Positions 8,331 to 17,077 of a DNA stretch of 64,000 bases are shown in pieces. Both the position numbers and the translations under genes were made by a program. Source of the stretch: a virus. Below the pieces are notes generated by a model, which was not told where the DNA came from, did no database searches, and was given only the letters and a program-made list of their open reading frames with translations. Position 1 is the stretch's first letter. Each line of letters opens with the position of its first letter. Location of the stretch: IMG/VR virus record IMGVR_UViG_3300045539_000120, positions 1 to 64,000 of that record; one strand, 5' to 3'.

Positions 8331-8346
8331 GTAGGTAGTTAGATTC

Positions 8347-8562
8347 TTAGATAGAACCTGGGCGTAATACTGTAATTGCTGAAGCAACCATAACAGAATC
8401 CCGAACTGTAAGTGCACCTGCCGCTTGCGCTTGGCCTGCTGCCTGAATTAAAACATTCAATGCTCCTTCTGGAGTAATGTTTTTAATTTCATCAAAGATT
8501 GGAGTGAATCCTTCTTCTTGTTCTACTTCCTGTGAACGTTCTTGTGTAGCTGATTTTGACAT
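8347..8562 (-). CDS. hypothetical protein (Ala/Gln-rich)
   Basis: 71-aa ORF followed by a strong terminator. Confidence 0.45.
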   Translation of the reverse strand: MSKSATQERSQEVEQEEGFTPIFDEIKNITPEGALNVLIQAAGQAQAAGALTVRDSVMVASAITVLRPGSI

Positions 8563-8602
8563 AATTTTTAATTTTGTTTATTGATTATTATATAGGTTCT
8601 TT

Positions 8603-9274
8603 TTATTTTGTTTCAATGATTGGTTTAATAATTAGGAAAGATGCAGTCCATTCATTTGTAATTTCAAACTTAAGTTTATTCTTTTTTACAAATTCTTCTA
8701 CTGCTGGATTTACACCAAATACTCCCGAGTAGCCATCTTCAACGCTACCTGCTTCTCCTTTAATAGACCACTGATAACCATCTGCCCAAACATGAATATC
8801 CTTTTTGTTTTTTAATTTTGGTACAGATTTCCAATCAACAATTAAATAATCATGACCTGACATTAATCCTCCCTGTTTTAATTTTGGCCACCATAATTCA
8901 AGGTCCTGTTTAACATGAGCATAATCGTGGTTTCCATCAATGTAAATATAGTCCAATGAATTATCTTGGAATAAATGTACCATTTCTTCTCCTAACCCTC
9001 TAAGCATAAATGCTCTATCTTCATATCCTCTAATAGATTCCATTGTTTGCGCAAAAGCATCTTGGTGATTTTTATGATTTGATGAGTCTAAATACTCTTC
9101 ATCAGATAATTCTCTCCATGGATCTATAAGATATAATGTACCATTCCATCTTTCTAAAATATTACGTGAAAATTCTCCTTTAAATACTCCAATCTCAACA
9201 CCAACATGTGAATTTGAATTATTTAGAATATTTGAGATAGTTTCAATTCTATCGGTGTTTAATGCTTTTTTCAT
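8603..9274 (-). CDS. class I SAM-dependent methyltransferase-like protein (Methyltransf_24/TylF-like)
   Basis: VGVEIGVFKGEFS (SAM-binding-like) and IYIDGNHDY...DLE...GG...GHDY pattern typical of this fold. Confidence 0.45.
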   Translation of the reverse strand: MKKALNTDRIETISNILNNSNSHVGVEIGVFKGEFSRNILERWNGTLYLIDPWRELSDEEYLDSSNHKNHQDAFAQTMESIRGYEDRAFMLRGLGEEMVHLFQDNSLDYIYIDGNHDYAHVKQDLELWWPKLKQGGLMSGHDYLIVDWKSVPKLKNKKDIHVWADGYQWSIKGEAGSVEDGYSGVFGVNPAVEEFVKKNKLKFEITNEWTASFLIIKPIIETK

Positions 9275-10173
9275 TATAGTGATTTTAACATTGATATTAA
9301 GTTTGGTTGCGGAGACATGTCTGATTTATCCTTACGCGTAGAAGTATGACTTAACATACCTTTCACCTTTCCTTTATAAGCATCTGCTTTAAAATCAAAT
9401 GCAACCTGTGGAGTTTCAGTTTTTAACCATTCAACTAATCCTTTTTTAATGTCTATTCCATTACGTTCTTTAATAAACAAGATTAATTCTCTGAGTGCCT
9501 CTATTTGTGCATCTGAATATTTATGATAATATTGAAACCCTCTAAACTTGAATCCCAAATCACATACTTGGTCCTTGTGAACGATTGCTCCTGTATATGT
9601 TTTAAAAACATCTCCAACCTTTGTTAATGGACCAAAGTTACAAACTTCAATTCCTACTGAATTAACATGCATTGATTGAGAACCATTATCACCAAGGTGA
9701 TTTGCGTAAGCACCATCAGGTAAACATTTTACAATAATACCATCGTATTTGGTTTCTTTACCATTTATAGATGGACCACCTACAATAAATTCAGTTGCAA
9801 TTCTACCTCTAGTATCGTCATTCCACATATCTGATGTTGCAATTGGATTTGGACCACCTGCCGTATGATGTAAAAATAAATACTCTGGTTTATTTGGACC
9901 TGAGTAATATTCATCAGTATCTAAATATGCTAATTCAAATTGAGACACTGTGATTTGTGTATCTAAATTCTTTTCTAATTTTTCTTTGTTGAAAATTGCA
10001 AGTTGTGTGGTTGGACCAACTAATCCATCCATAACAAGTCCTCTACTACCCTGAAAATTCTTTACAGTTTGTTCGGTCGTTGGACCAAATACACCGTCTG
10101 CCTTTAATCCTAATTCTTTTTGAAGTAACTTAACATCTTCGCCAGTGTCTCCTCTCTTTAATAAACTTCTCAT
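9274..10173 (-). CDS. endolysin: N-acetylmuramoyl-L-alanine amidase (PGRP/Amidase_2) with N-terminal peptidoglycan-binding repeats
   Basis: two PG_binding_1-like repeats (LKRGDTGEDVKLLQKELGL..DGVFGPTT; GSRGLVMDGLVGPTT) then FLHHTAG amidase motif. Confidence 0.65.
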   Translation of the reverse strand: MRSLLKRGDTGEDVKLLQKELGLKADGVFGPTTEQTVKNFQGSRGLVMDGLVGPTTQLAIFNKEKLEKNLDTQITVSQFELAYLDTDEYYSGPNKPEYLFLHHTAGGPNPIATSDMWNDDTRGRIATEFIVGGPSINGKETKYDGIIVKCLPDGAYANHLGDNGSQSMHVNSVGIEVCNFGPLTKVGDVFKTYTGAIVHKDQVCDLGFKFRGFQYYHKYSDAQIEALRELILFIKERNGIDIKKGLVEWLKTETPQVAFDFKADAYKGKVKGMLSHTSTRKDKSDMSPQPNLISMLKSL

Positions 10174-10592
10174 GCTATTATTTTATTTAAATTATCAATA
10201 CATTCCTGTATTTGGTTATATATTATCTCTTGATTTTTATGTTCTAGGGTGCATTTATAAACAACCTTATTAGATTGTAAATGTCGTAATTCACATCTTA
10301 ATGTGTATTTTGGGTTTTTAATTAATAATGGTTGTAGATGAGTAACTGCCCAAATTTGGGTCTTTGCTTCTCCTGCAAATGCATGTGTAGTTTTAATGTG
10401 AGCTATTAATGAATATTCTTCACTTTTAATATTGGCAAACTCTTGAAGTTCTTTAGTACCATTTGTAATTAAATAGAGTCGGTGGGCTATATTGTAATCT
10501 GAAGTAAGGACCTCTTTAAGGGTCCCTACTTCTAATTTTTTATTTAAATATAGACTTCTTAGTCGTACTTTTCCAACTATTAATTCGGTCAT
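10170..10592 (-). CDS. hypothetical protein
   Basis: 140-aa ORF. Confidence 0.4.
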   Translation of the reverse strand: MTELIVGKVRLRSLYLNKKLEVGTLKEVLTSDYNIAHRLYLITNGTKELQEFANIKSEEYSLIAHIKTTHAFAGEAKTQIWAVTHLQPLLIKNPKYTLRCELRHLQSNKVVYKCTLEHKNQEIIYNQIQECIDNLNKIIA

Positions 10593-10609
10593 TCTTTTTG
10601 TATTAAACG

Positions 10610-10840
10610 TTAATCTAAACTAATACTTCGATTTTTATCGTCAGACGATACATTTGTTCGATATGCGTATAAAGGACCCTTTCCTCCAACTGTCGACGAA
10701 CTTGTATTTATTGTTTCAGATATTCCTTTAAATGATTCAATAGATTCCTCGACGATTACTGTTTCTATTTCAGGTAAACTTTCATCCATCGATATTATAT
10801 CGATTTCAATAGATTCTACTTCATCTTCTAAACCATCCAT
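10610..10840 (-). CDS. acidic hypothetical protein
   Basis: 76 aa, D/E-rich. Confidence 0.3.
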   Translation of the reverse strand: MDGLEDEVESIEIDIISMDESLPEIETVIVEESIESFKGISETINTSSSTVGGKGPLYAYRTNVSSDDKNRSISLD

Positions 10841-10908
10841 TAATGTAGCATCCCATTCTGAAATTTCATCATCGCTATATGTAAATTCTATAGATTCCTC
10901 TATACTAT

Positions 10909-11424
10909 CTACTTTTTTTTTGGGTGATTAATCTCTTCAGAAATCACATCTAAATCGTTTGTTGTAATGTCATCAGACTCTTGTTCTGGTTTAATATAAT
11001 CTACAAGCGATTTAATAAATCCTAATGCAACTAAAGGTAAGATAGCTCCTGAAACTGCTGCTAATAATCTTTTTTGTGCTAATGGTTCCCATTCAACTAA
11101 ATTAAATAACTCTACCCATCCATTATATTCTTTAAGATTAATAAATGCATAATACATATTTCCTTGCATTTGCATTAGTGTAATTGTAATGAATAACGCC
11201 CATACTAATGTTTTATTCATTTTATCAAGGGTTATCAACGCTGCCAATGATGCGGCTGCACCAACTTCAAATCCAATTGCTAATGAAATTGCTAGCCATT
11301 CTGGATTTGATAATTTGAAAAAGTCAATTACGTGAATTGTTGAGATAACACTCACCAATAAATATAGTGATACAAATGTTCCTATAATAAATCCATTGAC
11401 TAATTTACTCTTTGATGTCTTCAT
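10909..11424 (-). CDS. membrane protein, holin candidate
   Basis: about 4 predicted TM helices; located 0.7 kb from the endolysin. Confidence 0.35.
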   Translation of the reverse strand: MKTSKSKLVNGFIIGTFVSLYLLVSVISTIHVIDFFKLSNPEWLAISLAIGFEVGAAASLAALITLDKMNKTLVWALFITITLMQMQGNMYYAFINLKEYNGWVELFNLVEWEPLAQKRLLAAVSGAILPLVALGFIKSLVDYIKPEQESDDITTNDLDVISEEINHPKKK

Positions 11425-11620
11425 CTTGTTCTTTATTTTTATAAAATACTTTATTAACTAAAAGGTTTGGATCGTTTAAAGCTTCCTCGCGGGGACCACA
11501 TCCACAGTCCTCATATCCTAAGGCTCTAGCGATTCGTTGTGCCGCTTGATCTGCATGTAGAAATTTAGCTACTTTAGCTATATCACTACCAAACCCTTCT
11601 GACTTTTTTTCAATTGCCAT
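11405..11620 (-). CDS. hypothetical protein
   Basis: 71-aa ORF. Confidence 0.35.
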   Translation of the reverse strand: MAIEKKSEGFGSDIAKVAKFLHADQAAQRIARALGYEDCGCGPREEALNDPNLLVNKVFYKNKEQDEDIKE

Positions 11621-11910
11621 TATTTAATACCTTCTAAATCTTTTATTTCTTTTTCGATTTGAGTTTGTCTTTGTACATCTAACATTTTTCTGTCAGTTGC
11701 TTGAATCATTCTCTTTTCAACATTTAATCCTTCGATTTTAATATCGGTTGCAGATGGTAATGAATCAATTACGATTTTTTCAATACGAGCCTCTTTTTTA
11801 AGAGTTGTAACTTCTGAATCAATTGAACATGTTTTTAACCAAGTTAAAATTATAAATGTTAGAATTAATTTAGTACCATGTTTTTCTAAAAATAGATTTA
11901 TCTTTTCCAT
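11620..11910 (-). CDS. membrane-anchored or lipoprotein-like coiled-coil protein, spanin candidate
   Basis: N-terminal hydrophobic segment ending LKTCSI then a charged coiled-coil region. Confidence 0.3.
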   Translation of the reverse strand: MEKINLFLEKHGTKLILTFIILTWLKTCSIDSEVTTLKKEARIEKIVIDSLPSATDIKIEGLNVEKRMIQATDRKMLDVQRQTQIEKEIKDLEGIK

Positions 11911-11954
11911 AATTTGTTTATTTTTAAGTGTTTATTGCTATTATATATTCCTAT

Positions 11955-13043
11955 TTATTTATATCTCTTATTAATCGATAGAATTTTTTCAGGGGTTAAT
12001 GCCTTTAAGAACTCAACATATAATTTGATAGCGTACTTAACATCTTTCTTGTGAGCCATTTCCACTGTGGTATGCATATACTTTAATGGAGTTGCAAGAA
12101 TTGCTGTTGGTGTATTTTCTAAAAAGAAAGCCATTGTATCATTACCCATTGAACCTACTGTTAATTGAACTGGAATCTTTTTATCCTTTGCAACTTCTCT
12201 TAACATTTTATTAATTTCTCTGTGGTTTTGTGCAGTATATTCTAAACATGGACCTTCTCCACCTTTGTTATCTCCATCTTTTGCTTTGTCAATTTTAGGA
12301 GTATTTGTGTTATGGCAAACATCATGTACTAATGCCAAATCTGCCTGAAGTGTCTTTGCAATCATTGAAGCACCATGTAAACCAACCTCTTCTTGTACTG
12401 AATTTACAATATGTAAATTATACGGTAGTTTAATATTTTTATCTACGATAATTCTAAGTGCCTCAGCAATGATATATCCGCCTATTTTATTATCTAATGA
12501 ACGTCCTACATAATAATCACCAATCTCTTCAAGTTGAGTATCGAATGTTATTAAATTACCAATCTCAACCCCTGCCTTTTCAACTGCCTCTTTATCAGAA
12601 AGACCCATATCGACCCATAATTCTTGTTGATCGTATCCCATTGATGTGTATTCTTTTCTAGTATGAATTGCTGGCCATCCAAAAAGTCCGCGTAATTTCT
12701 TACCATCATGTGTATGAATCATTACAGTTTTAGAAGGTGCAATCATATTATCTGAACCACCATGTCTTTTAACTCTAATCATTCCATCACTTTCGATGTA
12801 TGTAATAATCCATGCAATTTCATCGCAGTGAGCTTCAATTACCACTGAAAGTGGAGTACCTGAATTTGTATCATTAACTGATTTTCTATATAAGGTTCCA
12901 TACGCAGTTCCGTATGCATCGATATTTACCGTATCTACTAATGGTCTAATATAATCTATCCATATATTCTGTCCTTCAGTCTCTTGTGCAACTGGAGCAT
13001 ATGCATTTAAATAGTTATGTAAAAATTTCTTGTTTGCTTTCAT
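11955..13043 (-). CDS. M42-family metallo-aminopeptidase-like protein
   Basis: EAHCDEI, DNKIGG and the hallmark QEEVGLHGA motif. Confidence 0.55.
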   Translation of the reverse strand: MKANKKFLHNYLNAYAPVAQETEGQNIWIDYIRPLVDTVNIDAYGTAYGTLYRKSVNDTNSGTPLSVVIEAHCDEIAWIITYIESDGMIRVKRHGGSDNMIAPSKTVMIHTHDGKKLRGLFGWPAIHTRKEYTSMGYDQQELWVDMGLSDKEAVEKAGVEIGNLITFDTQLEEIGDYYVGRSLDNKIGGYIIAEALRIIVDKNIKLPYNLHIVNSVQEEVGLHGASMIAKTLQADLALVHDVCHNTNTPKIDKAKDGDNKGGEGPCLEYTAQNHREINKMLREVAKDKKIPVQLTVGSMGNDTMAFFLENTPTAILATPLKYMHTTVEMAHKKDVKYAIKLYVEFLKALTPEKILSINKRYK

Positions 13044-13044
13044 A

Positions 13045-13716
13045 TTAAAAATTTGTTTTGGTTGTATTTTTGCCTTTATTTATTGATTTGTGAAATTCTA
13101 TTATTTTGTTCATTGCCTCTTCTGCTGAATCTACTATTCTAAATAAATCAAAATCTTTGTCACTCATTTTACCATCCGCTAAGACCGTATTTCTAAGCCA
13201 ATCAACAAGACCTGTCCAATATTCTTTTCCTACCAAAACTATTGGGTATTTTACATTATGTCCACATTGTGCTAATGTAATTGCTTCAAACATCTCATCC
13301 AAAGTTCCTACACCTCCTGGGAAAATTACAAATCCTTGAGAGTATTTAAGAAACATTACCTTTCTCGTAAAGAAATATCTATTTTCAACTCCTTTATCAA
13401 CGTATGGATTCATACCTGCTTCGAATGGTAATTCAATTCCAATTCCAATAGATTTTCCACCAACTTCTTTAGCTCCTTGATTTGCAGCTTGCATGATTCC
13501 AGGACCTCCTCCTGTAATTACACCGAATCCTTCTCTACTTATAAGTGCTCCAAACTTTCTTGCTTCATTATACCATCTGGTATTTACTTCCGTTCTTGCA
13601 CTTCCAAAAATTGAAATACATGGAATATTTAAATCATTAAATGTATCGAATCCTTTTGTAAATTCTGCCTGAATCCTTAGGATTTGCCAGGTATCTTCTG
13701 CCTTATTATTTCTCAT
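13045..13716 (-). CDS. LOG-family protein (nucleotide 5'-monophosphate nucleosidase / cytokinin riboside 5'-monophosphate phosphoribohydrolase-like)
   Basis: GGGPGIM and PGGVGTLDE motifs. Confidence 0.7.
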   Translation of the reverse strand: MRNNKAEDTWQILRIQAEFTKGFDTFNDLNIPCISIFGSARTEVNTRWYNEARKFGALISREGFGVITGGGPGIMQAANQGAKEVGGKSIGIGIELPFEAGMNPYVDKGVENRYFFTRKVMFLKYSQGFVIFPGGVGTLDEMFEAITLAQCGHNVKYPIVLVGKEYWTGLVDWLRNTVLADGKMSDKDFDLFRIVDSAEEAMNKIIEFHKSINKGKNTTKTNF

Positions 13717-14470
13717 TATATTGTTTTAAACGTTTCATGAATTCTTTAAAATAGTATTTCATATCATTATATGTCATTGTGAATATCTGTGGCTTTTCAT
13801 CTATTTCATTAGCCATCCATACTTCGCATCCTGTGGGTACAATTCCAGTTCTTTCATAAAATGCAACCGAATAACCTGCAACTTGACAAAAATAATCTTC
13901 TATCCACTCATCTCTCTTTGGTTTTCTACTATTTTTATAATCAATAATTAGTACTTTGTTTCCGACCATTTCCGAAGCATTATCGAGAGTACCTGCATAA
14001 CCTCGCTTAGACCATATAAATTTCTCTGCTGCCAATACTTTAACTACTCTATCAAAAAAATCTTCATGGTGATTCCAAAACTTCATAAAGAATTCCCATC
14101 CAGCCTTTAACCAAACATCTCCACTGGGATCCTCGTTAAATTGATTGACCTCTTCGTCAGTTGATGTAATAACATGTAGTTGTGATAAACGCTCTGTGGG
14201 TGTACCCTTTATGCCTTTATATAATTCAATAAGACGATGCATTATAGTTCCTCGGTTCATTGACAGATTTGAGATTCTATCTGCCTCTTCATGGCCTATT
14301 TTATTTCGCCATTCATCAAGACCACCTTTGTCCTTTGTTTCACCAAGAATTGTTGTCATGCTTGGAAAGATTCCAATTACAATATCATCTACTGTTACTT
14401 TATAATGCCTTAATCCGTTTACATCAACTCGCTCAATATGTTCGCTCATGCAAATGCTGAAATTAACCAT
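13706..14470 (-). CDS. PD-(D/E)XK nuclease-like protein (YqaJ/lambda-exonuclease-like)
   Basis: IIDYKNSRKPK ... YFCQVAGYSV resembles the D..(D/E)xK...QxxxY core; weak. Confidence 0.35.
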   Translation of the reverse strand: MVNFSICMSEHIERVDVNGLRHYKVTVDDIVIGIFPSMTTILGETKDKGGLDEWRNKIGHEEADRISNLSMNRGTIMHRLIELYKGIKGTPTERLSQLHVITSTDEEVNQFNEDPSGDVWLKAGWEFFMKFWNHHEDFFDRVVKVLAAEKFIWSKRGYAGTLDNASEMVGNKVLIIDYKNSRKPKRDEWIEDYFCQVAGYSVAFYERTGIVPTGCEVWMANEIDEKPQIFTMTYNDMKYYFKEFMKRLKQYNEK

Positions 14471-14871
14471 CTTGCAAGAAATACTAATGTGGTAACAATT
14501 CCGGCAAATGCTGTATTTCGTAAAAATGACATTGAATTAAAGTAATCATTTTCTGGATAGAGAACTACTAGAAATTGATCTGTATTTTGGATTTTACTTA
14601 TTTCAGGATATGATAAATCTGAAAGACCATATTTTACTAAAATTTCATTAATAGGTCCTAACTCTTGAAATACCATTGATTGTTGTATCATTTCGGGTTG
14701 AGTTCTAAACTCTTCTTTAATTGATACTACACCATAAATTCTGCCAATCCAATCTATTCTTAGATTTGCAGTGTTTAATTCAGGTTCAATACTTTTTACA
14801 GCTTTGTAATATTTTCTTGTAATCCATGCCTCTTTAATAAAACGGGGCCAAAATAATAGTATGTCTTTCAT
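14446..14871 (-). CDS. hypothetical protein with C-terminal hydrophobic segment
   Basis: 141-aa ORF. Confidence 0.4.
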   Translation of the reverse strand: MKDILLFWPRFIKEAWITRKYYKAVKSIEPELNTANLRIDWIGRIYGVVSIKEEFRTQPEMIQQSMVFQELGPINEILVKYGLSDLSYPEISKIQNTDQFLVVLYPENDYFNSMSFLRNTAFAGIVTTLVFLARWLISAFA

Positions 14872-15109
14872 ATTAATATGTGTATTTAGTAGTTATATTA
14901 AAAAATGAGAATTTGTTTCATAAAAAAATGGGACCGAAGTCCCATTAGATTAAATAGATAAAAGGTCACCGCTATCACCTTTAGTGGTAGTTTTAGGAAT
15001 TACTTCCAAGGTTTTGAATTCTTTAATGTCTTGTTCTAAAAGACTCAACGACTGTTGCATCGTTACCGCACGAAACTACTTATACCTTAACGCGAAGCGG
15101 TTTTAAGAA

Positions 15110-15186
15110 TGGCGGTTCCAGTGGGATTCGAACCCACGACCTCCGCCGTGACAGGGCGGCGTTGTAACCAACTCTACTATGGAACC
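15110..15186 (-). tRNA. tRNA-Asp(GTC), CCA encoded
   Basis: hand-folded cloverleaf: acceptor GGTTCCA/TGGAACC, anticodon loop CTGTCAC, T-loop GGTTCGAATCC, 3' GCCA. Confidence 0.8.
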
Positions 15187-15195
15187 AATTTAAAG

Positions 15196-15269
15196 TAGTC
15201 AATAATGGACTCGAACCATTGACCTCCTCGGTATCAGCGAGGCGCTCTAACCAACTGAGCTAAATGACT
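15196..15269 (-). tRNA. tRNA-Ile(GAT)
   Basis: acceptor AGTCATT/ATTGACT (one mismatch), D-arm GCTCAGTTGGTTAGAGC, anticodon loop CTGATAC. Confidence 0.75.
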
Positions 15270-15699
15270 ATATATTCTTACCTCGATATGTTGAAGTTTG
15301 ACTATGGCAATTTGGACATAATATCCTTAGATTATCTAATTTATGATTAGTTCTATTGCCATCAATATGGTCTAATTCTAAAGATATATGATTATCCATC
15401 CACATACCTATATTACATATCTCACATTTATGTTCTTTAATACCTTCTCTTATCAACCTAATTCTTAATTTATTAGTTTGATAACTAGGGTGGTTTCCAA
15501 TTAAAATATCACTTAATTCTATTTTTGAACCATTGTGTCTTTTATTAGTACCCTTTCCTGATTGATTAGGATTATATACGTTTAAATCGATCGCTTTCTT
15601 TTTAAATGTATTAAAATGCATCTTTAATATAGCGGCTGCTTCGCTCATAGATTTTGCATTCTTGCACACATCTATTATTTGTTCATTTGTATTTTCCAT
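15268..15699 (-). CDS. HNH homing endonuclease
   Basis: CEICN...HIDGNRTNHKLDNLRILCPNCH HNH motif; inserted between tRNA genes. Confidence 0.75.
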   Translation of the reverse strand: MENTNEQIIDVCKNAKSMSEAAAILKMHFNTFKKKAIDLNVYNPNQSGKGTNKRHNGSKIELSDILIGNHPSYQTNKLRIRLIREGIKEHKCEICNIGMWMDNHISLELDHIDGNRTNHKLDNLRILCPNCHSQTSTYRGKNI

Positions 15700-15750
15700 A
15701 TTATATATATCTAAACACTAGTGACAAATTTTCCAACGTGTTAATTATAG

Positions 15751-15834
15751 TACCCAGGGCCAGACTCGAACTGGCACGGACATACTGTCCACAAGAGTTT
15801 AAGTCTTGCGTGGCTACCATTACACCACCTGGGC
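15751..15834 (-). tRNA. tRNA-Leu(TAA), type II with long variable arm
   Basis: acceptor GCCCAGG/CCTGGGT, anticodon loop CTTAAAC, variable hairpin GGACAGTATGTCC. Confidence 0.75.
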
Positions 15835-15921
15835 AGTTTTAATATTTAACAGGATAACCTTTTGTTGAGTTTACAGATTCAAGTTTTTAATTTGCTGAAT
15901 GTATCCTTCAATAAATATTAG

Positions 15922-15995
15922 TGGAGGTGACAGGAATCGAACCTGCGACCCTCTGCGTGCAAGGCAGATGCTCTAGCCAACTGAGCTACACCCCC
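15922..15995 (-). tRNA. tRNA-Ala(TGC)
   Basis: acceptor GGGGGTG/CACCTCC with G3-U70, anticodon loop CTTGCAC. Confidence 0.8.
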
Positions 15996-16059
15996 AATAC
16001 AGGTTCCATTTTCTTTAACAGATGAGTATACCAATTCCTCCACTCCTTAATAAATTAGG

Positions 16060-16145
16060 GAGGTAGGACTCGAACCTACAACGTCTTTCGACTTCTGTTT
16101 CCTTATAGAATTTGATTGCTGTAAGGAACCTTTAATGTTTAGTAT
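16060..16145 (-). tRNA. degenerate tRNA-like element (possible pseudogene)
   Basis: T-arm GTAGGTTCGAGTCCTAC present but no complementary 5' acceptor strand found within 100 nt; sits in a ~380-bp ORF-free tract. Confidence 0.25.
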
Positions 16146-16375
16146 GTTAAAGAACTTCGATAGTATATATCATTTAAAAATTTGCAATATGAGAAACTAG
16201 CCTATTCCATTTAAAACTCATATCACTTCGGGATCCAACCGCTTTAGTCTCAGGTTCAGTGTTAGAACCACTACTTATCGTTATTGACTAGTGACCTTTA
16301 TCTATATATTTGTCCACCACTTTAGCGTCAGAGTGAATAAGTCGTAACGCCTACTCGAACAGTTTTTTAAATTAA

Positions 16376-16552
16376 TTAGACTTTTTTAGCGTCTGATACA
16401 GAAACTCTTACATCTTGCGCAAGGGTCTTGATAGTTTGCATTGCTTTACGAACTCTTGTTCCAGCAGCACCATTTCCTTTTTCTTCAAACTTAGCTGCAT
16501 CTTCTCTAACTGAATCAACTGCTGCTACGATTTGGTTTAATAAATCTTCCAT
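16376..16552 (-). CDS. histone H1-like small DNA-binding protein (58 aa, below ORF-track cutoff)
   Basis: MEDLLNQIVAAVDSVREDAAKFEEKGNGAAGTRVRKAMQTIKTLAQDVRVSVSDAKKV; the KGN-AAGTR-RK core matches Bacteroidota Hc1/H1-like proteins. Confidence 0.5.
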   Translation of the reverse strand: MEDLLNQIVAAVDSVREDAAKFEEKGNGAAGTRVRKAMQTIKTLAQDVRVSVSDAKKV

Positions 16553-16615
16553 TGTTTTTGTTTTAAATTATTAATTATTACTATTGTTATATTGGTGAAA
16601 CTTATATTGTTTCAG

Positions 16616-16840
16616 TTATTTTTCAGTAAATTTTGATAATGTTTCGCCATCAATTAAAATTGCAAGAATTGGATCCTCTTTTGTTGATGTAATATACTTT
16701 ATATATGCTACTGGATTTTTCACATTATCATATACTTTGATTCGACTTCCATAATGTACCTCTACGCTATGTCCACCTGGTGTTGTTGATAGGGAATTTG
16801 TTCTAAATTCCTGGCTAACAAATACTTTACTTTTTCCCAT
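16616..16840 (-). CDS. hypothetical protein
   Basis: 74-aa ORF. Confidence 0.35.
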   Translation of the reverse strand: MGKSKVFVSQEFRTNSLSTTPGGHSVEVHYGSRIKVYDNVKNPVAYIKYITSTKEDPILAILIDGETLSKFTEK

Positions 16841-17066
16841 TTTCTATTACTATTTTGATTCTATTAAATAATTTTTCTAAATCTTCTATGGAATCTACTG
16901 ACCAACCTTCTGTTTTTAAAACAAAGAAACAATCTCCATCTCTGTCTATTCCTAATGAACTTTGGGCTTTAACCTCTATAAATTCATATTCATTACTAGA
17001 TAAACAATTAGCATCTTGTGAAAATCTAAACTTTGCCTCTTCTAATATTAAACCTTGCTCTTCCAT
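16827..17066 (-). CDS. hypothetical protein
   Basis: 79-aa ORF. Confidence 0.35.
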   Translation of the reverse strand: MEEQGLILEEAKFRFSQDANCLSSNEYEFIEVKAQSSLGIDRDGDCFFVLKTEGWSVDSIEDLEKLFNRIKIVIENGKK

Positions 17067-17077
17067 GATTATTGTAT

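Noticed and set aside
16060-16380. A group I intron-containing tRNA in the ORF-free tract after tRNA-Ala
   Set aside because: A T-arm is present, but I could find no 5' acceptor strand or intron core elements by eye. Kept only as a low-confidence degenerate tRNA-like element.
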